This document shows positions 34,208 through 45,674 of a stretch of 64,000 nucleotides of DNA, piece by piece. The position numbers and the translations under genes are program-made. Under the pieces are notes generated by a model that searched no databases, was not told where the DNA came from, and saw only the letters and a program-made list of their open reading frames with translations. The stretch lies in contig JBHGNT010000004.1 of NCBI GenBank assembly GCA_043228905.1, positions 8,866,001-8,930,000 on the forward strand, read 5' to 3'. The stretch's first letter is position 1, and every line of letters starts with the position of its first letter. Source of the stretch: Azolla caroliniana (Eukaryota; Plantae; Polypodiophyta).

Positions 34208-36970
34208 ACATGCCACACCCCGCCGATGTAGCCAATGTTTCCCGGTTTCCGCCTCTGGCCGAAATTCTTCACGACATCCGCCCCCACCTAACCGCAAGTC
34301 CACCGGTACGTGCCAAACCCGGTGAAGGGTGAGAGATTTCGGCCGGTGAGAAACCGGTCTTCCGTAATTCGCACCCCGGCTCGCTGCCGGTTTGATCCGT
34401 CAGCTTCGGTTCTTCCTTCGCGCTTACCTCCCTGTAGGCTCGTTCGACCTGTCGATGGGTCCTCTGCCGCGATCTCCGTAGTACGCGTACTTCCGCTGGC
34501 CCTTGTTCGGCCGTATGAACGCCCCGCTCCCCGCCGTATGCCCGATGTCCTCCATTGAGGAACGCCCTGCTCCCCGCCGTATGCCCGATGTCCTCCATTG
34601 AGGAACGCCCGTAGTGGCCTGCTTGGTCTCCGTTGACCATTCGTGTTGTCCTGATTGCCGTCCCATGTTGTTTCACGTTGCCTTTGTCCTCTCGCTGTCA
34701 CCTTCCTTCTCCATGGTCTTTACATCGCCGTGTCGGCTCGAACCGCCATGGTCTCCGGAACGGTGTGGAGGATCCCTTTCGGCCTTCTACGCGCTACCTC
34801 CGAACCGCGCAACCCATCTCTGTGCTCGCCTTTCCGCTCCGGCACCTCTGTGTGCCACATACCCTCGTCCGTTGTTTGGCACTGGCTGTGCCGTAGTCCG
34901 GTTCATTGCACGCCTTGTCGGCCCGTTTCCCGGCCAGATCGTGCATTGCCGCTCACCTGCATACTGGTGTCCTCCGCACCCGAGGAACACCCCGTAGTAG
35001 CCCGCTTGGCCCTTCCCGTCTTCGTGCTGCTGCAACAGGTCCTGAGTCTTCCGCTTGCCGTCGTCCCCTCGCCCCCACCAGCTTGTCACCCCGGGCTTCC
35101 CGTGTCAGTCTTCGCTACTTCGACGGAGCTACCACGATCTACGAAGGGAGTGTGGAGGATCCTTCTCCGGCCTCTCTTGCCATCCCCTGACTCTGACCCT
35201 GTGCAGTCCACTAGGCACCCGTCACCTCGTTCCCGGCACCTCCCTTGTGCCGTCTTCCGCTTCCTTTGTTCGGCACCGCCTGCGCCGAACACCGTCCCGT
35301 AGTCACGCTTTGATTCGGCCCGCGATGGCCACTAGCGAGACTCTTATTCCGTCCCAGGTGTGCCTTTCCGGCCCGACACACCTCCTTGTGTTTGCCCCTA
35401 CCAGCTACTTCAGAAACCGTAACCGGCCAGTGAGGGTTTCGCACTTCGTCCGCCCCGTCTTACCGACTCCCGATCCGCTACCTCGTGTCATTGGGTCCCA
35501 TTCCCTGTCGCCACCGTCCTTCTCCCTAGGTCTCACGTTGCCACGTTGGCCAAACTGTCGGAGTCTCCGGATCGGTGTGAGTGTCCCATAGGGTCTGTCT
35601 TTGTTTCGTCGCTTGCCGAGATCCGGGTGTCTTTTGTCGGAGTCCTTCACGACTCTCCTCACGTCTTCCACGTAGCCGGTTTCCGTCTTCGTGTTGCCGG
35701 GTCCCGTTTCCCGCCGCCACCAACCTTCTCTCTCGGTCTCATGTTGCCACGTTGGCCGAACTGCCGGAGTCTCTGGTTCGGTGTGGGGATCCCGTAGGAC
35801 CGGACTTCCTTATGCCCACTGACCTTGCCGGAAGGTCCGATTTGGTTCGTAGCCGCGTCGCCGGCCTCATACCTCCTTGTCGTTCGTCGCCTCCTGTCGT
35901 CCGATCATGTTCTCCTGCCGCCACCGATCTCACCTATAGGACTCACGCCGGCACTCGGGCCGACCGCCGGATCGGTGTGAGTGTCTTCGTGGGACCTCCC
36001 CTTCAGGCTTTGGTTGCTTGCCTTGCCGCCGCCACCGTCCCTTACTCTAGGTCTCACGCCTCCTCTTGTCGTCGGCTGCTGGAGTCTCTAGAATCGGTGC
36101 GTGTAAGGTCACAGCTGCTCTGCTCTGCCTTCGCCATCCTCTTCTGTTGGTCACGTTCCCCTGCCGCCACCGTCCTTTCCTATAGGGCTCACGCCGGCTC
36201 TCAGGCCGACCGCCGAATCGGTGTGAGGATCTCTGTAGACCGCCCATCCATAGCCCTTTGCCTTCGTCCCCTCGCCGCCACCGTTCGTCACTTTAGGCCG
36301 ACCGCCGGCTCTCAGGCCAACCGTCGGTTTCTGTAGAACCGGTGTGAAGGATCCTCCTTGGGCCTCTGATTTGTCTTCCTGACCTTGTCCCGGGTCGTCC
36401 TTTTCCGCATGCCGAGAGGGCGGTTTACTCCGCACCCTCTCCCGTGGTCCCGAAGTACCATCTCCTCGGCCTCTTCGTAGGCCTGCTTTCTTCCTCCCTC
36501 CTGGAATGGTCATCCGGGAGTCCGTTCCGCCCAGTTTTCATCCGGGTCCGTTCGTCCTTCTCCGGATTGCCGGGTTCGGTTCTCCTGTCGCCACCGATCT
36601 CTCCTATAGGACTCACGCCGGCACTCGGGCCGACAGCCGGATCGGTGTAAGGATCTCTGTAGGGCCGGTCTTCGTTGTCCTCTTCGTCCTTTGTACTCCT
36701 CCCGAACTTGTCGTTGCTCTCCTTGCTGCGTTCCCGCCTCCATCGTCCATCTCTTTCGGTCTGACGTTGCCCCGTCAGCCGAACAACCGAAGTCTCCGGA
36801 TAAGATGTGGCGTAACCGATTTCGCAACGTCTTTCTGCAACTCGTCCGGGCCACTGCCCCTTTTAGTGGTGTCAGTGGATAGCATCCGCTCTGTGATCAA
36901 TCAAGCCCCGTCTGAGCTTGATTCTCCAATGTCCGGAGTTTCGGCTTCGATGCCGACCTTGCCAGAATCG

Positions 36971-37021
36971 TTCTTCTTCTTCTTCTTCTTCTTCTTCTTC
37001 TTCTTCTTCTTCTTCTTCTTC
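36971..37021. repeat. (TTC)17 microsatellite within the inverted LTR fragment
   Basis: Direct count of 51 bp. Confidence 0.95.
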
Positions 37022-38121
37022 GTGTTCGCTTAGGGTTGGCTTCAGCTCGTCTCCTGCGCAAGACTTCAATCGAGTTCGCCTCGTGTCTCGTCACGAAGGC
37101 TGCCCCCTTTCCGACTTTTTCGGATCCTTCGACGTAGTGTGATCACTGCTGATTTCCATTGTCGGTTTGTCCGGATCCGGATCCAGTTTTCTCCGAATCG
37201 GTGCGCTTCTTCCAACACTCGCTCTCCTTGTGGCCTTTCTTGCCACAGTACCAGCATTCCGCGACGGTTTTCCCTTGCCGGTTCTTGTCGCCTCGACTCC
37301 CCCTGTTTTCGGAGGGTCCCGAATTGCTCTCGGCATCACTTCAGTGCCTTCTTCCTTGATCCCATTGGCCGCCTCCATTGCACACCGACTCACCTTGTTT
37401 GCAACGAAGACGGGGCCTATCTCCCTCTGTGTACAACATCTTGCTATCGGTGTGCGTACTCGTCCACGCACCCGCATGGTTCTCCTCTATAAGGAGCATC
37501 GACTGTAGGTCGAAAAACAACGGCGTATTCTCCCGTGTGCACATAGCAGTTCGGAATGCTTCGAACTTCGACGCCAGTCCCCCGAGACAGATCTGCCACA
37601 TCTCACCTTCCTCGACATTCATATCGATAGAGGCTAAGGAGTCGCATATATCTTTGATCTTCAAGGTGTAATCAGCCACCGACAAATCTCGTTGTCGCAA
37701 GTTGCTCAACTCCTATCGAAGTTGGAGCTTTCTGGTTGTGGTGCTTGCGGTGAAAATCTTTTTCAGATTTCCCCAAGCATCCTTCAGCTTTTTCGCACCC
37801 CGAATATAGCTCCGAAGTTGTTCGCCCACACAAGATGCAGACCAGTAGAGAACTCTGCTCGCCGACTGTTCCCAAATTGGGAAGTCTTTGTGTGTCGAAT
37901 TGGGTGCTGAGTCATTTGCTCCAGTATCCATGCCCGAGCAGGTACTGGTGCATCTTGTACAACCAAGATGCGTAGCTGTTTCTGTCAAGCTTCTCGGTCG
38001 GAAGCGAGCTAGCAATGCCTCTATCCATTTAGTTTTTCTTGTTCTTTTCGAAGGTTAGGTTTTCTTCTCGTGCTAAGGTCTACTGCAAAGGTTCGTTCTC
38101 AACCCTCACGCTCTGATACCA

Positions 38122-38560
38122 TGTAAAAAAACAATGTGCAGAAGCAACAGAAGGCAGAACGTAGGAAAACACAAGTTTAATGGAGAGCTTGGACACACAA
38201 TATGTGGGAGAGACAAACTGAGAGAGAGAGAATACACACAAATCTATTCAAAAAATAATACTCAATATATATGTAGAAAGTGCTCAGTGATCACTTTTTT
38301 ACAAGTCCATACGGACTGACAGAAGTATTGACACGTACTTCAATGCTCATAAATGAGCTCTACACTAACTCCCAAAATATATTCCTGCGCGGAATATCTT
38401 TCCAATGGCTTCGCAGTTTATGCACCGCTACGACTTCTTGTTTGCGCACCGGTTTACGTACCCGGTTTACGCACCGGTCTGACTTAACCGATCAGTCCCA
38501 ACCGATCCGGTTCTTGGCTTGCGCATCCGATCTGGTCAATGTTGAGCTTGTATCTCAATA
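38122..38560 (-). repeat. 5' LTR of Bryco-like Copia
   Basis: Adjacent to GCTCTGATACCA (reverse complement of the iMet PBS); homologous to 6507-6947. Confidence 0.88.
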
Positions 38561-40080
38561 GCTTCTTAGTCCAAGGATATAAATGCAAAAAATATAATAA
38601 CATGGGTATCAAGATACATTGCACCACTTTGAGTCGTACATGAAAGGGCCATAATTGAGACTTCCAATACATAAATTTGTTCCTCAATTTACTACCTATC
38701 CAGTCAATCAATTGAACATTTGTAACCTCAATTCCCAATGGATAACCCAAATGTTGATAAATTGATCCTCGTGTAATCACTAACCCTCGCCATCCCAAAC
38801 ATTCCAAATCACTCTCTGTACAAGAAATAAGCCGAGATTTCTCCAATTTATATACAACCCTAAAGCCAAAGCACATTAATCCCAAACTTGTATACTCCTT
38901 TTATGATTTTCTTTTGAGGCTTGGAAAAACATAAACGAATCATCAGCCGATGCCTGTGCCACCAATTGTCCACCATAAGGAAGATGCAAACCCACAATAT
39001 CACCACTGGCCGCAAGTTTTGACAACATTACTAACAAACGATGTGAAAACTCTCACCGAACTCCTTCTTTCCAGAGAAACGCCGAAAATTCGTCTGAGAA
39101 GTACTCTTTTCCTCCGTCCGACCGAAGACATTGTACATGTTAGCCCAAGGCTTTCTCTACTTCATTCTTAAATTTTTGGAAGTGTCCAAACACTTCGCTC
39201 ATTTGCCGCATGGGGTAGATCCAGGTGTGCCTGTAAAAGTTGTCGATGAAGGCCACGTAGTATCGCCATCCACCGAATGTAGCCGTTTGAGCTAGTCCTC
39301 ATACATCGGAATTAATTATGTCGAGTACGCCTTTACTCACGTTCCGCTCCTTCGGAAACAGGTGTAGGTGTTGCTTGTCAAATTGGCAGGTGCGACACAC
39401 ACCTTCAATCTCTTTCCCTTTGAATGTCAAGAGTCCGATTATGACTCCTTTCGATTGCATCGCCTTGAGTTTTGGAAGGTTGATATGGCCAATTTGCTTG
39501 TGCCATAACTCGATGACCATTTGGAAGGTGTTACAATACCTTTTCCATCTCAGCTTCATCAAAATCAACATCCAATTCTTGACAAATATTTGTATTCACG
39601 ACACTCCCAATTACATTATAAAACTCTTGTCGTGCTTTCAACACGTCCTCATTAATAATGAACTCTGGCCCAATCAAATTCTTAAAATGAGTAATACATA
39701 ACTCAATAACCTTGACTAGGTCTACAACAATGTCATCCCCTATCTTAATTTGTACCACATTTGAACAAGCATATGGTGGTCTTAATCCTTGAAAAAACAT
39801 ATGAGATTGTCATTGGTTATCTATAAATCCCTCCTTTAATTGACGTCATCATGTCTGTTGATAACTTTGACAAGACAAATTATTCACAATGTCCTGTACT
39901 TGAACTTGAACATCCAAAAACTCTTCATCATGTGGATTATTCATCAATAGTACATTGCATCGCATAAGAATATATGAAAACTTATCAATCAATTTCTTAT
40001 GTCTTTTAGCATTAGTTATACCAGACATACGATGAATACACACCCTCTTACATATTGTAATATATTTCTCATAGTTGCAT
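38561..40080 (-). mobile_element. LINE ORF2 fragments (RT C-terminal half at 38561-39035; EN-RT linker at 39518-40080) flanking a Copia integrase fragment
   Basis: AQASADDS (YADD-equivalent), KSRLI, HLGYPLG and RLKVVQCILIP motifs; linker ...EMEKVL. Confidence 0.75.
39040..39517 (-). pseudogene. Isolated Bryco-like Copia integrase fragment
   Basis: LWHKQIGH, CRTCQFDKQH, SDV, YYVAFID and LRSDGGKEY motifs. Confidence 0.8.
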
Positions 40081-42259
40081 CCTGTTTGGGTCATGGAGTG
40101 TTAGATCAACCTTCCTAGTTTGAATCATAGTCCAAAGGTAGTGAGTTCCAATTGCCTGTCTTAGATTCAAGTTCAAAGCAATGTGATAGTGAGAAAGTAG
40201 AATACAAGTTTGATGTTGATTCTCGTATACCACCATCGAATGAAGTTGATCTAGAGCATGTTCTAATGCATCAAAAAAACACTCTTCCAAAGACTTTTTC
40301 CAACAATAAGGTGTATTTACCTATGGTGCACAAAGCTCTCCTCCAGATGAGTAATAGAAGCTACAACACTCACAATGTGGTTTCAAATGAAATGCAAGTG
40401 TTATTATCTCCACCTTCAAATGATATGTTAATTGTTTCCTTCCCATCATTGGAACAAACAATCATGGCTCTTCTAGCAAAGGAGAATTTGCAATAAAACA
40501 TTGGAAACCATCAACTTGGAACTTTTGAAAATGACACCCCAACTCATTTTAGATAATATTGGTTGCATGCATTCTCACATTTACAGTTGTACACGCACGT
40601 TATGTCATTAGTGTATATAAATAACCCATCTGTAGATATTCCAATGTGGTATTTATTTATTGTCTTGTCCCAAAATATTTTGAATTAGATTTCAACTCCT
40701 GTACTGTAAAGTTTATTTGTACATAAAAACTCTCATTGCATAATGGAAATTGATTCATGGAATAAACTAGGAGTAGATGTTTGTAAATGAGTCTACCTTT
40801 CCATTTTTTTGGATTTGAATTGTCCAGTAATATTCTGAGTCTCTATTGTTTTAGTTCTAAATTGAAGTTCATATAATGAAAAAGTTGTAGTTGTCCATGG
40901 TTTTCTCATTTAGGACAAACATCAAATGATTATCGAAAATAAGAATGTTAAATATAAGATGATGCAAAACCCATGCATTACATATGATTTTCATCAATGC
41001 AATGGTAATCCTCATAATTTACAATAAAGTATACATATGATTTTTGACTATGCATATATGACTTTATTTGGTGTATAGAGGACAACACATTGCCTTTGGT
41101 ATCATGTCATAGGCTTTCATTTAGAAGTACAATAATAAATAAATAATAACTTTTCAGGGGTTCTTGTCATGAACATAGCACACCAAAACCATGCAAACAC
41201 AAACACAAATATCATCACCACACCTCTAAACTCCATTCATAATATGGATGGATCTCTTGTGAGCATGTGTTGGCTAAGAAACATAGAAGCCAAACCAATG
41301 TTACAATTATTAGATCTCTTGTGAGCATGTCTTGGCTAGAAAACATCACCACCAAATCAGTAATCGTTCCAATGTTAGGTTATATCTCCCTTACATGATC
41401 CTGAATGAACGCTGAATATGTATAGCATTTATTATTCACAACTATTATTCACAATTAGCATTTATTGAAGCAGCTTTTTCACATTATGGACAAATACCGG
41501 ATTCTCTAAATACAAATCAATAAGTATCGAAAATGAGCTTCTAAAATATATATGTAGAAGGTCTATTTAGATCTTAGCAAAAAGAAACCCATAAAAAATT
41601 ATCTAAACATCACAATCTTGGCTAAACAAAATATGAATTTTTTATATATAAACTAAGAATCTCTCCAAGACAATAATGAACAGCGAGAGATAGAACATCA
41701 ACATTAATAATCACTTCAATTCTTTATATTACAGAAATTATTTTACATTTAACATACAATTGATAGTAGTAATGCTTCTTAGTATTGGCACAAATATGGA
41801 GACGAACATAAGATCAAAAACAAACCTTTTGATCAAAACTGAAAGAGCCCTTTGTATGCATTCACCACCAAGAAGTGTTGTTTCAAGCCGAAACAATTTT
41901 TTGCTTTTAACAGTGCAAAAAACAAAAACAAAAAAGAATATTTTGGGAAAACTAAATATATACGTTTAATATCTATACACATACATATATTTCACTAGCA
42001 AAGTAGTTGTCTTTTCAACAAAAATTACTAGGACTAAAACTGTCAAATCATTGCATTCTCATAATATGTTTCTATTTTGTACCATGTAGTTATATATAAC
42101 ATTAGAACTCACTAGTATTCTTCAAAATCTTTCTTGTAAAAATCAATAAACATTATCCTTTATCGGAAAATGACAAAAGTTGCTCCAAGTTGTTACAAAA
42201 AAGAATATTGTGTCTTATGCTATTATAATATATGTACATGTCTTATTGTGTCTTATGGA

Positions 42260-44075
42260 TGTGTATTCATCGTATGTATGGTATGACTAATGCTAAACGA
42301 CGCAAGAAATTGATCGATAAGTTTTCAATATTCTTACGCGATTTTGTACAACCCTCCCATCAAAGAAGTAGGCCTCCATTGATGAAATGACTCCGGAGAT
42401 GGTACCTTTTGTAACAATTTGATTAAGCCCACCTTCTAGCTCTGAGGCATGAAACTAGAATCCCAACATTGTTGAAACATTTGTGGGAATGAACTCTTAA
42501 GCATGCTAGCATACTTCTTAAAAACTTCATTTGTAACACCATCCCAATCAGGGCTTTTACCATTTGGAAGGTGTAACAATACCTTTTCAACCTTAGCTTC
42601 TTCAAAATCAACATCCAATACTTGACAAATATTTGCATCGCGTAAGAATATATGAAAACTTATCAATCAATCTCTTACGTCTTTTAGCATTTGTCATACC
42701 ATACATACGATGAATATCATTGATGTTTTGTAGTGTGTTGTATCCCGTGAATGCCATCCTTTTTAAATAACTTGTTCTGAAAACATGCCAAAAATTTGTT
42801 CCATATAGGCATCAAATATGGGAAAATGATCCGATGTCACAACCTCTTGCATTATTGACATATTAAGCATCTCTGGCAAAAAGGACTCATTATGCATAAC
42901 ATACATTCTATCTAACCTACTCCATGTTTCCTTATATTGCATAGATTGAAATGTAAACCCAACCTCATCTTGATGCAACCATTTCCATACATCCAACTTC
43001 AAAACCTCTGATGCCAATTTGTACCAAACTACTTGCTCATGAGAATCCAAACCAACACGGCCCACTAATAGTCATGGATACATTGAAGACCATAACTCAA
43101 TGCATTGATTAGCATTATTGGGTGCATAGATTCCTACCAACCATATCAAATCCTCAAAATACTTGACTTCCATCACCAAAAAACGTCCATATGGATCATT
43201 CTAGTCAATAGTGGACAAAACGAATCACGAATAATCATGACAATATCCTTCTCAACATCTTCCTTATTTTCTGGGGATAGTTCACCAAATATTGGCATTT
43301 AGCCATAAAATGCCCCAAATTACCACATTTAAACAATGTCCTGCAAAAGTTTCCCGTTGAAGCTTAAAACGAAACCAACCAAATCGAGATGTATTGATAC
43401 TCAAACATCTTGGAAGTTTACAACTTGTATCCCATAACATGCAAAATCTACATTTGTTCAACGAATTAACATGAGGTGAAACCAAAACTTTACCAATTTG
43501 AGACATCAATCCTTGTAGCAAAATCCCAAAAGAATGAGTTGCTACAATCAACGGTCACCCAAATTGGACATTGTATTTTACTAAATCTTTATAATCTAGC
43601 ACTAGAACCCATTGCATCACATTCACAAGTCTTCTATCAAAAAAGATTGGTACCTTTGCCATCAAAACCGTACGGTGTTCTGACGATCGAAAAACTACAT
43701 TATAGAAACCTCTAGGAACCACATACATATCCTCAACACAATTAGGCATTATGAATGAATTCAACCACTACTTAATCCATGATACCAAAGGAAGTTTCCT
43801 AGTGAAATACAAAATAACACCACGATCACAGAACCTGTCAAAAGTTGCTAACATAGAGTTGGTCTCCATCACCACCTCTACAACATCCTCTTCCACACAA
43901 TCTTTAGCATCTTTGTCAATTTTTCCATAAAATCAGAAAGCAAAGCCTTAACAAAATCACGACGACTGTCAATATCATAATCATCTCCAATAACATCTTT
44001 CCCACCAAGAAGAGCATCATATGATATTTTCTCATGGTTTGTAGAATCAATACACTTTTGCCTCTCCCACCAAGT
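42260..44075 (-). mobile_element. Second L1-clade LINE fragment: ORF1 (DUF4283-like plus zinc knuckle), AP endonuclease, RT start; internally deleted
   Basis: RGFYNVVF, PIWV and a frameshifted CLNCGNLGHFMAKC in ORF1; SRLDRMYV...SDHFPI in EN; KSPDWDG and GLIKLL...WRPTSL in RT. Confidence 0.8.
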
Positions 44076-45258
44076 TTTTGCTTTTAACAATGGCAAAAAC
44101 ATAAAAAAAAAAGAATATTGTGTCTTATGCTATTATAATGTATGTATCTCTTATTGTGTGTTATGCTATTATAAGTACTTACCTTCCATCGCCCTTCAAA
44201 TTTCGTGCAATACTACCCTCAGTGAGTGTGATGGGGGCCAACAGTTTTGCAAAGGTATTTTCCCTTCGTGGCAACTGAACTCGTAGAGTTCTAGTGCTCA
44301 CTCTCTATTGACCACCAGAAAAAGAATATTGTGTCTTATACTATTATAATGTATGTATGTTGTATTGTGCCTTACGCTATTAAATAAGTACTTACTTTCC
44401 ATCATCACCCTTCAAATTTCTTTTATCCTTATTCTTGTTGTTGGTCACAATTACCCTTCATGCAATACTACTTTGTTAGAGTGTGATCGGGGCGTCAGAT
44501 CTTGTCGTAGTACCATCTCTCCATGGCAACTGAACTCGTAGAGTTCCAGTGCTCACTCTGCATTCACCACCCAAAAAAGAATATTGTGTCTTATGCTATT
44601 ATGATGTATGAATGTTTTATTGTGTCTTATCCTATTAAAAGTACCTACCTTCCATCGCCCTTCAAATTTCTTGTATCCTTATTCTTGGTGTCAGTCACAG
44701 CTACCCTTCGTGCAATACTACCCTTTGGGAGTGTGAAGAGGGCAGAGGATTTTGTCATATTACCACCATTCGGTGGTAGCAGAACTCGTATAATTTCAAT
44801 GCTTACTCTGCATTCACCAGCAAAAAGTGTTGTTTTAGCTGGAACTATTTTTTGTTTTTAACAATGGCAAAAACATAAACAAAAAAGAATATTCTATGTT
44901 GTACTATTATAATGTATGTATGTTTTATTGCGTCTTATGCTATTATAAGCACTTACCTTCCATCGCCCTTCAAATTTCTTGTATCCTTATTCTTGTTGTC
45001 GGTCACAACTACCCTTCGTGCAATACTACCCTTTGGGAGTGTAAAGGGGGCATAGGATTCTGTCATATTACCACCTTTCCGTGGGAGAGGAAGTCATAGA
45101 GTTTCAATGCTTACTCTGCATTCACCAGCGAAAAGTGTTGTTTTGGCTAAAACAATTTTTTGTTTTTAACAATGGCAAAAGCATAAATAAAAATGAATAT
45201 TCTGTCTTATGCTATTAGCATGTATGTATGTTTTACTATGTCTTATGCTATTATAAGC
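44075..45258. repeat. Degenerate tandem array, about 5 units of 210-310 bp; partial related units at about 41860-41945 and 42196-42258
   Basis: AAAAGAATATTGTGTCTTATGCTATTATAATGTATGTAT...CCTTCCATCGCCCTTCAAATTTC recurs at about 44108, 44320, 44574, 44883 and 45190. Confidence 0.85.
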
Positions 45259-45259
45259 C

Positions 45260-45670
45260 ACAAGAATCTTCACTTCAATATGGTCATTTCTTCTTCTGTT
45301 GCACTTTCTATCTTATGATATCTCTTATGTAATATAACTGTATTTCGTTTTCTTGATGTGTCATTTAATACAGTTGATCGATTTCAATTCCTTCGATATT
45401 CCTTGTGACCCTACTCCCTTCTCCTTTTATAGGGAAGAGATGGTTCTACATGTGGGCCATGTGGTGCACATGCAGAGAGGCTCTTGAATGTGTGTTATAT
45501 GATGCGCATGCCGAGAGACTCTTGCATGTGTGCTATATGGTGGAGATGCCGAGAGACTGTTGCATGTGTGCTATATGGTGCACATGTGGTACATTTCATG
45601 GTTTTTTTATTTGCCTCTACATATTATGTATAATATCATCATAGTGTGTTGTTAATATTATCTTTATGGA
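45260..45670 (-). repeat. Deleted LTR fragment of Phygy-like family B (inverted relative to 3848-4893)
   Basis: Reverse complement matches about 3935-4010 and about 4310-4650; contains a local triplication of about 40 bp. Confidence 0.8.
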
Positions 45671-45674
45671 TTTG

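Larger units (their letters stand above)
33074..37063 (-). mobile_element. Composite non-coding insert in the Copia gag/protease junction: LTR-like fragment (33074-33322), tandem LTR-like repeats of about 440 bp, GC-rich internal region, inverted LTR fragment
   Basis: Host Copia reading stops at 33073 and resumes at about 37064. TGTTACG start; (CA)n at 33243-33273; direct repeats 33323-33763 and 33764-34207; inverted partial copy at 36968-37063; no recognisable gag/pol motifs. Confidence 0.6.
6507..38560 (-). mobile_element. Ty1/Copia (Bryco-like) element with both LTRs, old, integrase deleted; expanded to 32 kb by nested insertions
   Basis: LTRs 6507-6947 and 38122-38560; PBS tRNA-iMet at 38110-38121; PPT at 6948-6958; gag at 37064-38000 (CWYCGKKGHKESEC), protease at 32797-33073 (YVDSGASNH), pre-integrase/RT/RNase H at 7500-9115; imperfect TSD GCCTT/GCTTC in the LINE. 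Confidence 0.88.

Noticed and set aside
35510-36810. CRISPR-like repeat-spacer array
   Set aside because: Repeats are too long and degenerate, spacer lengths are irregular, there are no cas genes, and the context is a eukaryotic transposon.
34269-37033. Many 60-250 aa ORFs on both strands
   Set aside because: Expected in GC-rich sequence; no recognisable domains and no consistent frame.
40080-42190. Host gene or exons in the AT-rich interval
   Set aside because: Only short ORFs with stops and no motif I can recognise; 40080-40550 may be a decayed coding remnant but needs BLASTx.
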